From: Eledone cirrhosa
Lineage: Eukaryota
Assembly: GCA_964016885.1 (NCBI GenBank)
Contig: OZ024745.1
Span: 133,486,001 to 133,550,000, forward strand
Direction: 5' to 3'
DNA: 64,000 nt
The notes under the pieces were generated by a model. It saw nothing but the letters and a program-made list of their open reading frames with translations, ran no database searches and was not told the DNA's origin. Made by a program: the position numbers and the translations under genes. Below are positions 27,245 to 42,679 of the stretch, piece by piece (positions within the stretch are counted from its first letter, which is position 1; each line of letters starts with the position of its first letter).

Positions 27245-28515
27245 GCAGCTCCTACACAGGGAGCTAGCCTCCTCGTTGTCAATATGGTGTTTCACCGACT
27301 TCGTTTTGAGGGCCTGCTCTTGTGCATCCATTAGCATTCCTTCTGTAGTTTATGAAGGTTGCTCTTCCTCCTTGTTGTTATTTCCTCCCTAGACATCCCC
27401 TGGTCTATTGTCTTCTCCTTCAGTACAATTTTGAGAATTGGCTCCCTACTGTCAGCCACATATTTGTGCAGGCTGTTTTTCTCCATCTGATCACAGACCT
27501 CTATGCTGATAAGACCTCTTCAACCTTCAGATCTCTTTAAGTAGAGTCTATCGACATCACTCCTCTTGTGGAACATGTTGTAGATAGTCATTAGCTTCCT
27601 AGTCTTCCTATCCATTTCTCTTTGTTCAGCAACATTCCATCTCAGAATTCCCGCACTGTACCTAATAATACACGCAGTTCGGGAATTTACTCCACTTATG
27701 ACATTCCTACTATTTAGATGTGATTTTAGTATGTCCCTTACTCTCCAGATCAATTCCTTCATTTTCTTTTTGTTCTTTATATCATCTGCCTCCAGAATAC
27801 CTAAATATTTGAATCCCTCTTCAGTGTCAATTTCCTTTATCATCTCACCTGTTGGTACCTGGATTCCGTTGCTTCTGCTCAATTTACTCATCTTCATCAC
27901 TAGGACTCCACACTTATTAACACCAAATTCCATATATATATCATTGCTGAAAATACGGACAGTGTCAACAAGTACATACAACTCCTTCTCACTCTTCCCA
28001 AAGAGTTTTAAATCGTCCATGAAGATGAGATGGTTGATTGTAAGCTCTCCTCTTCCCAGCTTGTATCCTGCTCTCACTTGTCGCAATATGAGGGACAAGG
28101 GTATAAGGGTAAGGAAAAAAATCAACAAAGGGACAAACTATCTCCATGGAAGATACCTCTCTCGATCTTCATGCCTCCCAAGGATTCTTCACCTGATGTT
28201 AACTCTGTTTTCCAGGACTTCATTCTTTTACTTAATAGCTGTCTGATGTCCGCCACCTTGAAGATCTCTAGGCTTTTGATTATCCACGAATCTCTAGGCT
28301 TTTGCTTATCCAAGAATGAAGAACCATGTCGAATGCCTTTTTCTAATATATCCATCCCATGGCAAGACCAGTATGACTCCTCTTGCAGTTCTTTATTACC
28401 ATATTGTCAATAAGTAACTGGTCTATTTTACCACGGGACTTCTTTCGGCATCCTTTCTGTTCGTCCAGTAACAAGTTGTTTATGTGGAGGTGATAGTTGA
28501 TTTCCAACTTTTTCA
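26650..28515 (-). pseudogene. R4/Dong-like RLE non-LTR retrotransposon remnant
   Basis: GIFHGDSLS, INHLIFMDDLKLF, FKYLGILE, DVDRLYLKRSEG, and a C-terminal IVDVACPFDT..INRYQDL..VPIVIGTLG. Frameshifted and interrupted by (CT)n. Confidence 0.85.
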
Positions 28516-28830
28516 AATTTCACTTGGAAAGGAAGGTTAGAATGGAGAAAGAAGTGCTGCACCACAGTACATTTGCTGAAATGTGGGTAAATGTGGCGAG
28601 AATGGCCCATGTAAATGGTCCTACTCTGATCATGCGCCTGTAGGCTGGTGAATTTGAGAAAGGGAGGGATGCCCTCGGAACGTCGGGTGGTTCAGGATTG
28701 CTGGAGTACCTGAGGTAACCCTGGGTGGTAATCCCCCCTATTGGGGAATGTTTCATTGTTGTATTTTTATTGTTATTTTGTTATTGTTATTTATATTTTT
28801 ACGTTTTATATGTAAACCCCCACTACCCCA
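28516..28830 (+). mobile_element. Tx1 3'-end remnant
   Basis: [41 protein letters not shown] matches the ORF2 C-terminus. Confidence 0.8.
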
Positions 28831-28850
28831 TTATTAATATTATTATTATT

Positions 28851-28967
28851 ATCCCGCCGAGGTTGACTTTGCCTTTCATCCTTGCGGGGTCGATCAAATA
28901 AAGTACCAGTAATACACTGGGTAATTGCTGGCCTTGTGCCTAAAGTAGAAACAATTATTATTATTAT

Positions 28968-29023
<56 letters not shown>

Positions 29024-29245
29024 TTAATAGTAGTAGTAGTAGTAGTAGTAGTAGTGGCGGTGGATTGGCAGTATTGGTAGGTGGTCGGACGCCATGCTTT
29101 GACGTATAGAGTTACGGCCCTTGCCATTCTGAGTTCAAATCCCGCCGAGGTTAACTTTGCCTTTCATCCTTACGGGGTCGATAAAATAAAGTACCAGTAA
29201 TACACTGAGTAATTGCTGGCCTTGTGCCTAACGTAAAAACAATTA
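28851..29245 (+). mobile_element. Two tandem SINE copies (28851-28955 truncated; 29056-29245) separated by (AGT)n
   Basis: SINE core and tail present in both. Confidence 0.85.
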
Positions 29246-29377
29246 TTATTATTATTATTAGTAGTAGTAGTAGTAGTAGTAGTAGCAGCAACAACAACAA
29301 CAGTAGCAGTAGCATTAGCAGCAGTAGTAGAAGTAGTAGCAACAGCAGTAGTAGTAGTAGTAGCAGCAGCAGTTGTG

Positions 29378-29440
<63 letters not shown>

Positions 29441-29620
29441 CCAGTAGTAGTAGTAGTAGTAGCAGCAGCAGCAGTAGTAGTAGTAGTGGCAGCACTAGCA
29501 GTAGTAGTAGTAGCAGCAGTAGTAGCAGTAGTACCAGCAGCAGTAGTAGCAGTACCACAGCAGTAGTAGCAGTAGTAGCAGCAGCAGCAGTAGCAGCAGC
29601 AGCAGCAACAACAACAGTAG
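29246..29620. repeat. (ATT)n-(AGT/AGC)n trinucleotide expansion
   Basis: Read directly from the sequence. Confidence 0.9.
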
Positions 29621-31584
29621 CGTTATACACCCACCAATAATTACAGTGGTGTCAATATATTCTGGGGAATGTTGTGTGTGAGACTCCATGAGATTCCACT
29701 GAGATAATATCAATGATCGATAACCTCTCCTCACAACCTTCTACTCCATGTCAAATTTAGATAGAACTATATTTGCGGCGCTCGGAGAAATTCTAATTTC
29801 CATTTTCCCCGTCAATATATTTTTATTTAAGGTTTTTTATGGTCGGACAATATCGCCATTATTTTTTCTGAAAGCCTCGGGTTTCTCTTTACATGAGTCT
29901 TGCCTTTAAGTGTTTGCTGCATTGATGAACTAAATAACATGTTTCCCCATCCAGCTTCTATTGTGGTTATTGGTGTGTTTTTATGATTGCGGACGTTATT
30001 ATTTCAGCTGTCATATTAGAGATTTTCTTCGTTGGTGGTGATACTATTGTTGATGATCTTGCTGGTGTTGATTGCGTTGATGGTGCTGTTATTTTTGCCT
30101 TTATTGTTGTTGATGTTTATGTTGCTGTTGTTGCTGTTGCTTCTACTACAACCAGTGATTTCTCGATTATCTTCTCCAGCCGCGAAAATGAGAATGGTAT
30201 TTGTCAGACATTTCTCACGTACTTTATTGTGTCTGGCATTTAAAAAATGATGAAATTTCTGTTATGGTCGATGAATAGGCGAATCTCAGCCGTGGCAGCA
30301 GAAGCTGCAGGCAATTATCTGAAGTTGAACTTGCTACTTTTTCTGAAACCTCTCAAATGTTAGAGACAATTTTAAAACGATCCAAAGAACTTGTTCTGTG
30401 AACATAAACAGACAAGGTGTTTTTCTGCAATTGATTCAATACCCTAGAAAGTAATATGGGTCACATTTAGTTTTAAACGTCAAAAACATTTAGAAACGCC
30501 TCGCTAGTAGAGAAATCGAGGATTGCTGTCTATTTCATGTTTCATGCAGTTAGTGTAGCAAACTAATTAATGCCAGGGTGATAATATTGTTAAACTATGA
30601 TCATGGTCGTGTTCCTAACGTTCTAAGAGGAAGTAAAATTAATGTTGTTTTCATGACATTCTAGTTTATCCAACTTCCTTATCTTGTGTTTCATAGACTT
30701 TTCAATTCATCATTATATTTGATAAGGGCAAAATTTGGCTTATTACCAAATATAACATAATTATTTAGTAATCAGGTGTTCCTTTGCCAAACCTTACACA
30801 TACGTCTCAATTTTTTTTTTTTTTTTTTTTTTGCATTTCCTCGTTCGATCGATATACTCCGTGAGACATTTGCATAAGAAATACATTTATCATTTAATAA
30901 TTTGTTTTAATAGGATGACCAACTGTTCAGGACATTGCACTCTGTTCTAGATTAGAAGTTCATATCAGTTAACCCTCACTTTAAATAAATCACATAACCC
31001 TAGAGAGTACGTAAATATTTACATTTTTATAACGAATTCAGTATAAAAATTATGTGTTTCCAATGCTGAGATTGAGACGCTTTATATGAATAATTGGTGC
31101 TATCTATTTGATATTAACCCCGGTCATACAGAGCAATAAATCCAAGACTAGAAAGATTTAATAGTGGCGTTTTATTTCTCTTTCTTTTAACCTAGCTTTA
31201 GCTATTAATATTAATGCCGACAAAAGGTGAACGGCGAAATATTTTGTAGAGGTGATTAGGTCAATTGAATCGATTCTATTAGTTTATTAGTGTTTATTGT
31301 ATTCCGCCCACAAGGTCGAAAACTGCTATTTGATGTAAATTATTCAATATATTTACGGGGAATATAGAAATATCACATAGAAGGGCTCACGTGGAAGTAA
31401 AGACAATCACTGATACAATAAAATATAGTCAAATAAAACATCTTCCAGTGAATAAAAATGGGAACCGTTTTCCGTTTGCTAGAAATCACAGTTAAAACTG
31501 TATGAGGGATATAACATACTACTAACAAAAATAAACAAATAAAATGAAGAAATATTGGATATTGTATTCATGCATAATCATAAT

Positions 31585-31755
31585 TGTTTCTACTTTTGGC
31601 ACAAGGCCAGAAATTACCTAGTGCATTACTGGTACTTTATTTTATCGACCCCGTAAGGATGAAAGGCAAAGGTAGCCTCGGCGGGATTTAAATTCAGAAT
31701 GACAAAGGCCGTCAAAGCATTGTGTCCGACCCTCTACCAATACTGCCAATCCACC
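31585..31755 (-). mobile_element. tRNA-derived SINE with a 19-bp target-site duplication
   Basis: ATTCATGCATAATCATAAT at 31566-31584 and 31756-31774. Confidence 0.88.
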
Positions 31756-32114
31756 ATTCATGCATAATCATAATAAATAAAACTCAACCCTGCATAATAT
31801 TTCTTATATGTCCCTTCAGATAGAACTGACCCAGACAAAGATTATCCATATCTCCATATGATGATAGATGCTCTTTTTTATTGGGTTTACCCAATGTACG
31901 AAACAACCAACGAGTTTGCTGAGAAGTTAAACTAAAGCTGATAATTTCACCCCCGTGGAAATGAAAACGTTTATCTCCAGCACTATCGTAAAAGACACCC
32001 TTCAATCCAACCCCATTATATTCTTCATCAAAGAGACTTACAAAAGAAATATATTTTATGGCATCCATTCCCCCTCCATCCCCTTCAACCTCTTCTACTT
32101 CTTCTTCTTGTTTG

Positions 32115-32285
32115 TGGCATATAGTTACGTCCCTGTATGTGCAGATTCCAAATCCCACCGAGGTTAGCTTTGCCTTTCATCCTTACGGAGTCGATAAAAT
32201 AAAGTACCAGTGATGCACTGGTGTCGATTTAATCGATTTCCTCTCCCCCAAAAATGCTTGGCCTCGTGCCTCAATCAGAAACCAT
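32115..32285 (+). mobile_element. SINE, 5'-truncated, longer-tail subfamily
   Basis: B-box remnant, core, and an extra TCGATTTCCTCTCCCCCAAAA segment. Confidence 0.8.
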
Positions 32286-32404
32286 TATTTTTCTTATTCC
32301 TTCTCTTCTCAAACCCAAAGAAATGTATCAATAGTGAATTGGATCAATTATATCTGATATTCCTAATGATTTCAAATGAAAAGAACTGTTCTAGTCATGA
32401 GTCA

Positions 32405-32436
<32 letters not shown>

Positions 32437-32438
<2 letters not shown>

Positions 32439-32961
32439 CGGGTAAAATTCCCAAGATCCATGGACGAGTTCTCTCCAGCAGTCTCTGTCCCTCATCGTCG
32501 CCACCATGTCCTGCGTCTCCAAGAGACCAGTGTCTGTACTTAGGGCATCAACATATGTTAATCTCCGTCTTCCTCTTCCAGTGTGTCCATGCAGAGGCTC
32601 CCACAGGAGCACTGAGTGCAGTGTCAACTCTGGATGTCGGTGAGCATGTCCAGCTAACCCCAGTCTCCTCTGTGCTACTCTACTCTAGGGCTGACTTTTG
32701 GGAGGCTCCCGTACAGCTCTGGGTTCTTCATCCTCAGTGTATACTGATTAATGTTCAGAGCCATCCTCAGCCTTCTCGTGTTGCACCGATCCACCATCTG
32801 TGAACCGTCACTGCCTGATGAAGATCTTACAGGCTTATGGAATCCCCAAGAAAATAATGTATCTGATATCACTGCTCTACACCAACACCAAAGCCCAAGT
32901 CATTACACCTGATGAGATGACAGAATACTTTTAGATACTGGCTGGAGTGCTCAAGGGAGAT

Positions 32962-32962
<1 letters not shown>
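32437..32962. mobile_element. RTE-like LINE remnant with an internal inversion
   Basis: Minus 32437-32810 encodes the C-terminus (LLWEPLHG..GRGRRRLTYVDAL..MRDRDCWR). Plus 32815-32962 encodes RT (LMKILQAYGIP..LLYTNT..AGVLKGDT). Confidence 0.8.
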
Positions 32963-33034
<72 letters not shown>

Positions 33035-33744
33035 GAAATACATCCTCGTAAATATGCTGTGCCACAACATCAATGATGTAAAATTAGATCATTTGATGTT
33101 TTGTGTTTTTCAAAATCCAAAGATGATTAAACTCCGATTTGTGTACCAACAGCAATCAGCCACGAATCAGCATATTTTGTCCAAAGTCAATAGGTGGCTT
33201 TCTCTGTGGTTGCCTTTTCTCTTCGTTACTCCCGTAAAGCTCAATTGCCTGAGGACCTTGTTGAATGAGCATCCTGCAGAGATTTACAGTACGCCTTAAA
33301 AGGCTGTCTGCATCTTTTCTTAGGGCTTCCACCGCAAAATGTTCTGGAGGAAATAATTCTTCTATCTCTTTAAAAGACTGATCACCAGAATATATTTATA
33401 TTATTACATGCCCCTTAAACATATACAATTTTGCTATTTCAAGCAAAATCCGCTGAAATAATAACAAATTTTTCCATCAGTTTCCTAACATTTTGATATA
33501 CGCTTCAAAGGGTTTTAACTGTAATGGATTGTAGCCGATAATTATTTGCTATGTAAGATAATGTGTCTGTGATGCATGAAAAAAGAATTGTATCCTGAAT
33601 GCTGGCATACACAACGGCTATAAAAATATAAGATCATACGTCAAATAATTCAACTTGCAGAACTACATCCTAAAGTTATGAGAATTATTGACTTTTATCT
33701 ATCTACTCTGTCGAGAAATACTGTTGCTACAGTTGCTGTTGTAC

Positions 33745-34052
33745 TTCTTTACTCAACATCTCAATGTTGGCGTCGCAATAATACTTCAAATACAGATGTT
33801 TCTACTTTGAATGGACATATATATTGACTTTCTGGTTGGCCCCCCCTGGGATCTTTAGACGCTGCTTCATATATTGAGTGATTAGAGTATTGTGTGATCT
33901 TTAAACTGTGTCTTTTAACAGTCACCTTTTGGAGACCTACGTTGAAATAACATTTCCTATGCAGTGGAATGCTAAAAAATGTATTCAAATTTGTAACGTT
34001 ACATGGAGTGAAAGACATTTCTAGACAGAATATGAATAAAATATTATTTATG
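33745..34052 (-). repeat. Old dispersed repeat, paralogous to 60115-60385 (+)
   Basis: Shared blocks TTCATATTCTGTCTAGAAATG, CTCCAAAAGGTG.CTGTTAAA and CATCTGTATTTGA.GTATTATTGCGACGCC. Confidence 0.65.
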
Positions 34053-34344
34053 TTAGTTAAATGGAATAGACATAAGGAATGGAAATAGCCAAGTGGAAGA
34101 TATGTCTGCCTTCCTTGTAGTAGAATGTAGACAGTGCTAATTTCATTTGACGAGAAGTTTGTTGTTTCAAGTCATAAATAAGTATAATACGCTATATATA
34201 AACAACAAAATACAGTTGTTTGTTGTTAGTAACACACTGACGTATCAAATTACGATATAGTTGGGATTCATCCTACAGCCATTGTTTGCATCATGATAAA
34301 CAGCTATCGCTTTTTTATTTATTATTTTTATTTTTGTTAGATTA

Positions 34345-34562
34345 GGGCGGTAGATTGACAGTATCTGTAGAGCGTTGGCGAACAAACTTAGCGGCATAGA
34401 GTTATGGCCATTTACTTTCTGAGTTCTAATGCCGCCGTGGTTAACTTTGCCCCCCATCCTTACGTGGTCGATAAAATAAAGTACCAGTAATGTACTGGGA
34501 TGGATTTCATCGACTTACCCCTCTCCCGAAAATTGTTATCCTTGTGCCTAAATCAGAAACCA
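34345..34562 (+). mobile_element. tRNA-derived SINE
   Basis: Diverged full copy. Confidence 0.8.
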
Positions 34563-34663
34563 TTCCTTGCAAAGTTGAGGACTTCATGTGACCAATTGTA
34601 ATGTTACTTAGCGAAAAGTAAATGATGAACAAGTAAGCGTATGAACTAAGAGATTATTGGTTA

Positions 34664-34848
34664 TTGGATTGGCAGTATCGTAGAGGGTCCGACGCCCTGC
34701 TTTGCAGCAAAGAGTTACTGCCCTTTATGGTCTGAGTTGAAATCCCGCCGAGGTTAACTTTGCCTTTCATCCTTACGGGGTCGATGATATAAAGTACCAG
34801 TAATGCACTGGGATAATTGCCGGCCTTGTGCCAAAAGTAGAAATAATT
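34664..34848 (+). mobile_element. tRNA-derived SINE
   Basis: Full copy. Confidence 0.85.
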
Positions 34849-35409
34849 ATTAAGAACGTGTTCTTGTAAGTTATCTAGAGCCACATTAGTCAATTCGTCC
34901 TTTCACTTTAAAACTTAGTATTATTAGAGGGAGATTTTGGCCTTGTGCCTAAAGTAGAAACAATTATTAGAGGGAGATTTGTGTGCTCCATCAATCTGTT
35001 CATGCAACAATATAAAGTTTCTCTAGTTTGGCTCATGTTCACCGCTTTCATATCAGCAGTAAGTATATCATATATGACTCTACTGGTGATATACATGTCT
35101 ATGCTGCGTTAATATATATAGCAGTAGACAATAATTATGAAATAATTAGAGTTGTCTGTTGTTAATAAACACAATAGATTGTGGCAGAATCTTCGCAGAT
35201 ATTACTTCCATTTCTTCATATACTTCAATATGATATATTTATGATTTTGTGAGTAGAAGGTTATTACCGTTAAGTTTGAATTCCGGGAACTCCGTGGGGG
35301 AATAAGACACCAAAAATAGGGATTTGGGGAGAGAATGGTCTTGCAGTTGAAGTGCCCCATTTCTTACCAAAATCATTAGGAATTCTCATTTATATCATTC
35401 AAAACGTAA

Positions 35410-36168
<759 letters not shown>

Positions 36169-37799
36169 GTGGGTGTATGTGCGTGTTTGTTGGTGAGTGA
36201 GTGTGCGTGAGGGAGTTTGCGTGTGTGCGTTCGCGTGTGTGTGTGCGTGTGTGTGTGTGTGCGTAATACATAAGAGTGTGGATGTTTGTTTATGTAAATA
36301 TGAAACTAGATAAATCTAATGTAATTAACTTACAATGATACGTTAATCCAATGTATTTCTCTGTTTTTACAAAAGTAACTTCTGTAAATACAAGAGGACC
36401 ATTTCTCTAAATTTCCCTTGTGTCCAACTATTTTTCTATATGTCTAAAATGTTTTGATATTCCGTTTTACTATTGAAACATAATCTATTTAGCAATTATA
36501 TAGTCATATATATAATAACAGGATTTAAAATAAATGTTAGTTGTCGTTATTGTTGTTTAGTCCGACATCAGCTCTTATGACGAAATGTGTATAATCCATG
36601 ACCAACGAGAGTTTCATGTAGGACAATATTGTAAAGAGTGCCACTTCCTTTTATAAGACGGTAATATCTGCACTTATTTCGATATTCTATCTGGTACTTT
36701 ATTTTATCGACCCAGGAATGATGAAATCCAAGGAGATCTTGGAGATAACTGAACTCATGTGCTCCCTCTAACCTTCTATCGATACGACGAATCCTCAATC
36801 ATTCGGGATGAATCCCAATGATATGCGAATGTCACTTCACTCGACTGTTCGAAGTCAATCATCAAACAACTTCAATGCGATAGTATGTTCTTTAATAAAT
36901 TTGAAGGTATGTGACTTCTAAAATCTGTAGAAAGTTTTCACCTTATTGTTTATTACAGCAGCACTGAAACTGAATTTCGAATATTCTGTCTTTAACATTC
37001 CCTTTAATGTTGCTGCATATCCCAGTCCTTGTGTAAGGACAAGCTGTGGAGGATTGTTCTATAGTGAAATGGATGTCAAGTTATCTGTCATCTTGTTATC
37101 TGGATTCTTTATGTAACCGATTTCTATCTGCCAGAGCTCTCTTTGGCTCTTTCATATTCCCAAGTACACAATCAATATTTATTCATTAGACTATCCACAA
37201 GTCACGAATTCCGATCAACCGAAGTAAAAAGAGTCTTGTATATATGTTATAAGAACAACTGGGACTAAAATTAACTCATTAAGATGAGTATGTAGGGAGA
37301 TAGAAAAACAAATTCAAAGTCAAATAATATCTTAACGAAGGATCTATATTTTTGGAAGATAAAAAAATAATGACATTTGTAAAAGCATTCGTATAGCTGG
37401 TAAAGTAGAAGATAGAACCGAAATTACACACTGGTATATACTCTCACAGCTAGGTTCAGATAAACACTGCCTTAATACACGACTTGATTACTTTGGCCGC
37501 TGTCCTAATGATAAAAAGAAATATATTATAAATAATTGGCTTAGACCTGACTAACAGGTGTAGAAGTATACTTTGATTTACTGACTGTTTTGTATATTAA
37601 GGTAATTGGATGCTTTGAGTCAGCTGAAAAAATGTTTTTTTCAATCTTGACAGTGGTCCCGCATAGTCCCATGCTCAATCTTGCGATTGAAATTGGGACT
37701 ATGAAGTTAGCGCTTGTAGACTGAAATTGTATAGAAACGAACTGTATAGGAACGAACTGTTTTTCCTGGTACTATACCTACATGTATTTTTCTCTAACT

Positions 37800-37975
37800 A
37801 TAGATTTTTAAAGAATCTCCATCCTTTAAATCCATCAGCCACCCATCCCAATCACCACCCTCTCCTACCACCAGAAAATGTGTAAATACCACCATATTAC
37901 ATTGACAGTCGGTTTTCCTGAAGATTTCCTCCGAATGAAGCAGTTGTAGACCTGTGGAGGCCATTTCTATATTAT
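37800..37975 (+). mobile_element. Family E copy with a decayed hammerhead (37911-37962)
   Basis: CTGAAGA..GAAGCAG..CTGTG; homologous to 18170-18352. Confidence 0.7.
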
Positions 37976-38015
37976 ATATATTATACATATATGTATATAT
38001 ATATATATATTATAC

Positions 38016-38117
<102 letters not shown>

Positions 38118-38125
38118 CATATATA

Positions 38126-38178
<53 letters not shown>

Positions 38179-38669
38179 CGGGATAAAATACATCTAATAT
38201 CTATTTTAGGATCATTTCCTTCGTCAAGTAAAAGATTTCACATTAAATATTTCAAGAAATCGCCAACACAAATGATGTTAGAATTGTCTACATAAAGACA
38301 TTGTGCATATTTTATAATGAGCGGGGGTTACTACGTCCTACTGAGAATATATCGTATAGACTCAGGTTACGATAACAATGAATAGGATGTCAGGAGGTTA
38401 ACACTGAGAAGGATCCGGCAGTCTTTTGATTTCCTACCGTTGCTCGCAACACTTTTATTATTATTGCGTTTCAGTTTGTTGATGGAGATACGAAAAAGTC
38501 ACAAGAGATTCATCTCTCTGTGATGATCGATATCTGCCAATGAAGATTACTATTGTATGAGGTATTTTAAAGAGGAAGCGTTGCACACATCACTACGCAT
38601 AGTTATGGAAAATACTGAATAACAGTGAACACGAGAAGATATACATATATATGTGTGTATATATATATG

Positions 38670-38704
<35 letters not shown>

Positions 38705-38751
38705 GCAGAGAGAAATATATGTGTGTGTGTGAGTATGAGTGAGCGTGTGTG

Positions 38752-38851
<100 letters not shown>

Positions 38852-38895
38852 AATCTATGCGTGTGAGTGTGTGAGTATGAGCGAGCGTGTGTGCT

Positions 38896-38981
<86 letters not shown>

Positions 38982-39254
38982 GGGAGAGAGAGAGAGAGAA
39001 ATGTGGGTGAAAGTATGAGCGAGCGTGTGTACTTCTATATATAAAGTGAGAGAGGGTGAGGAGAGGTGGCAAAAAGGTCGTTAAATTGTAAGAGAGAATG
39101 ATGCAGTCACAGAAGGAAAGATATATATTAATTTGATTTATATTAAGTCAAGTCATGCACAATCATACATACATGCTATTATACACACACACACACACAC
39201 ACATGCTTAGATAATGCACACATATACATATATACCTATATGTAGAGACACACA

Positions 39255-39318
<64 letters not shown>

Positions 39319-39376
39319 TATATATATATGTATACGTATATATGCACATATATATATACATATATATATATACATA

Positions 39377-39424
<48 letters not shown>

Positions 39425-39465
39425 TATATATACATATACATATGCATATATATATATATAAATTT

Positions 39466-39544
<79 letters not shown>

Positions 39545-39899
39545 ATATATATACATATGCATGCGATGCATACAATGTTTGATGTGTATATATATATATA
39601 TACACGTTCATTTCTTTTGACTAACCGCAAGTACATTTCTCGGATGAAAGCTTTAGCGGCTTTATTGAGTTGAAAGACGGGGTCGATCTCGTTGTGGTTC
39701 CGTATTAAATAGTACAGTAAAAGAATATATAACTTTACAGTGTCCATTGTTTCCGAATTTAACAAGCACTTTCACACACAAGTGTTTAGTACTAAACGTC
39801 TTTGAGAAATCACAATTAAATCCCACAAAAGTATGTTAGATTTAATCCACCACCAGATTTAACCCCACCGCTTGGGCCCTGTATAACTTAAATGGAAAC

Positions 39900-41240
39900 C
39901 TCGCTGCTAAAAGCATTCAGATAATGTTTCCGTGTGTGTCTCTCCTTCATCCCCCACCGAATCACAGAATGTATATTGAGTTTCTCTTCTAATAGCTACT
40001 AAAATCTATTAAACAAAACTCCCTGTTATGACTCATCTTAGTTACGGTGAAAGAGAAAACCAGGAAGGAATGCTGCAAGAGAATACATGCTGTCTTGAAA
40101 AATGAGCTCAACACGAACAATAAAATATTTCTTATATATCCTCTTGCAGTGTCATCTATAGTTTCAACATCATAAATTGAACCATTAATGAAATGAAGAA
40201 AATGGAAACCAAAGACTGGAATCTTCTAACCTGTAATAAAGTACATCATCCAAAAGTAGGCGTGGGTCATCTCTCCGTAGACGAAGTCGAGGTAGAGGAA
40301 TGAAGCAGTTTGACGTCAAAATATCAACCATTTAACACAAAATATACACGAACATAGATAACTGGATGGTGAATATCGTTGAATATAATAAAAGGAAGAA
40401 TAATTTACATTCAAACACGAAGGAAAGCAGGAAATTTACGGAGTAACTGATAATACCTTTTGAAAGTGATGGCCATTCTGCAATAAAAGCTGCAAAAGCC
40501 TTCAAAATGTTGGGTCATAATTAAAGGCAAACAGATACTCTGCGCTAAATGGGAGTATGTTAACCTTAGCTAAAAGTCTGATGTAGGTCAAACCCTTACC
40601 CATCAATGGCTGCGGAATTATGGGTTAAAAGCAGGGCGTTCGGACTTTATTTTAGCTGCACAAGACCAATGTTTTCAATGCGCAACTTTCAATCGAATGA
40701 GATCAGAAATTTATCCTACCAGAAGTGTCGATTTGTTGATGAACAGGTTGAGACCATTAACCACATGGTTTCAGGTTGAATTAGCTCCTCAGGAGTATAA
40801 AACTAGAAATCATACAGCAGAGTAATTTACAGTGGGTAATATGCAGATTTTACAGCACACAAAAAAGGTAGAATTGAAGAGATGGAGTAACAGGAGGTGA
40901 GAATGGGACAAGCCTATGGGAATTTCCCGTGAAAATCAACAGAACGATCAAGAACAGCCAATAGACAGGACATGAATGAATGGATTCGATATGAGCATTC
41001 CATCTGCTAGAAAGAGTTCCAAAGGTTCAGCAAATATAGAGATCTGATAAATGCAATTGAGAAAATGTGATATCATAAAGCCTGCACTCTATCAGTGATC
41101 GTCGGTGCATTTGGCACGGTAAAAAGCGAACAGAAACATATTTGGACCACATACCAAGAAGGTCATATCTCTGAGAAATACAGAAAATAATGCTGATTGT
41201 CGCTATTTTCAGAGCAGATCATTATCAATTTAAATAACTT
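39900..41240 (+). pseudogene. Old R4/Dong-like retrotransposon remnant
   Basis: Fragments HHPK.., ETINHMVSG, LAPQEYKTRNH and VIVGAFGTVK in the R4 order; many stops and frameshifts. Confidence 0.65.
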
Positions 41241-41393
41241 TATAAATACATTTACTGTTTTCTTTATGTTTTTATGTTTTATGTTGCCAATTGATTGATT
41301 TATGTGTATTGATGAATTTTGCCACAGGTTTCAGGTTGACACTCGGCAATTTATAGGAAAGAATCAGAATTCAAAGGTAGTTTTACAAATAAT

Positions 41394-41556
41394 TGTTTCT
41401 ACTGTTGGCACAAGGGCAGCAATTATATCAGTGTATTACTGGTACTTTATTTTATCGACCTCTCGGTGGGGTTTGAACTCAGACCATAAAGGGACGTAAC
41501 TATTTGCTGCAAAGCAAGGCGTCCTTCCCTCTACCGATACTGCCAATCCACCGCCC
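41394..41556 (-). mobile_element. SINE with target-site duplication TTTTACAAATAAT
   Basis: Duplication at 41381-41393 and 41561-41573. Confidence 0.82.
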
Positions 41557-42679
41557 ATTTTTTTACAAATAATAAGTTTTACAAATAATAATAGTGGCTA
41601 TTGATTTAGGGGGGGGGGGTCGATACGGCCCCAGTGAGTTACAAGGATTACAGTAACCAACCCCTTTTCTCTCAGAACAAATGTGGAGTAATACATGATA
41701 AACAGAAGCAAGTAACATGAAAACATAAAGGCAGATTAGAAATTATATATATTGACAAATAATATTGCTTTTCCTCATTTGGCTATTTTAGTGAGTTGGG
41801 TAAAAGTGGCCACGTGTTCTTTTAGTATATCATTTTACTTAGTCTTTATATGTTTCGGTATATTTATTTTGTCTATGTCATATTTCAGCAATATGCTTAT
41901 ATTGGAATAGTTTTGATGTATGAAAAATGATTTGCAATCGTCTATTCATTGATTTAGTATTACTATTTCAATAAATGACATCTATCCCCCGCACCACACC
42001 CATTTCCACCAGCAACTCCACCATAACCAGTAATGTCTAGTCCAGAAAGCTCCACTTCTACCTTTACTCTCTATTTTCAGTTCTACCATTCCACTCGACA
42101 CCTCTAACACTATGACCACCACCAGCCATTACATCAAATATGTAACAAGCTAGTCTTCCGTTTAGTATCATGACATACTTTAATATATCACCAGTGTGGT
42201 TAAAACTGAATCTCGGATTTAGATGATAAGAGATAGTAAGATATGTCAGACGGGATTCCGTATAGTATTGTTGTTAGTAGAACTGACATAACACAAACAC
42301 ACACACACACACATACACATACATACACACACCCATACACACACACACACACATACACATACACACACACACACATACACACACACACACACACCCACAC
42401 ACAGAAACACACACACACACACACACAGACACACACACATACACACACTCACGCACACACATTCACGTGTACACATTCACTATATACATATTACGGAACA
42501 CTACTCTAGATTAACAGGAAAACAATGTCAGGGTCAGGTTTCTTACAATATATCAGGACTATGTTACAAATATCTGAAAACTAACTTGAATTTCCGATGG
42601 CTGACAGACTTCATCTTGCTGCTAACTCTACAAATAGATATAATGGAAGTATATAGAGTTATGTTTCGTCTTCATACAC

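Noticed and set aside
32815-32920. CTGATGA motifs
   Set aside because: They are codons of the RTE RT remnant, with no matching GAAA or stems.
39622-39665. CCGC...GAAATGTACTT-GCGG on the minus strand
   Set aside because: The CUGANGA core is too degenerate to count.
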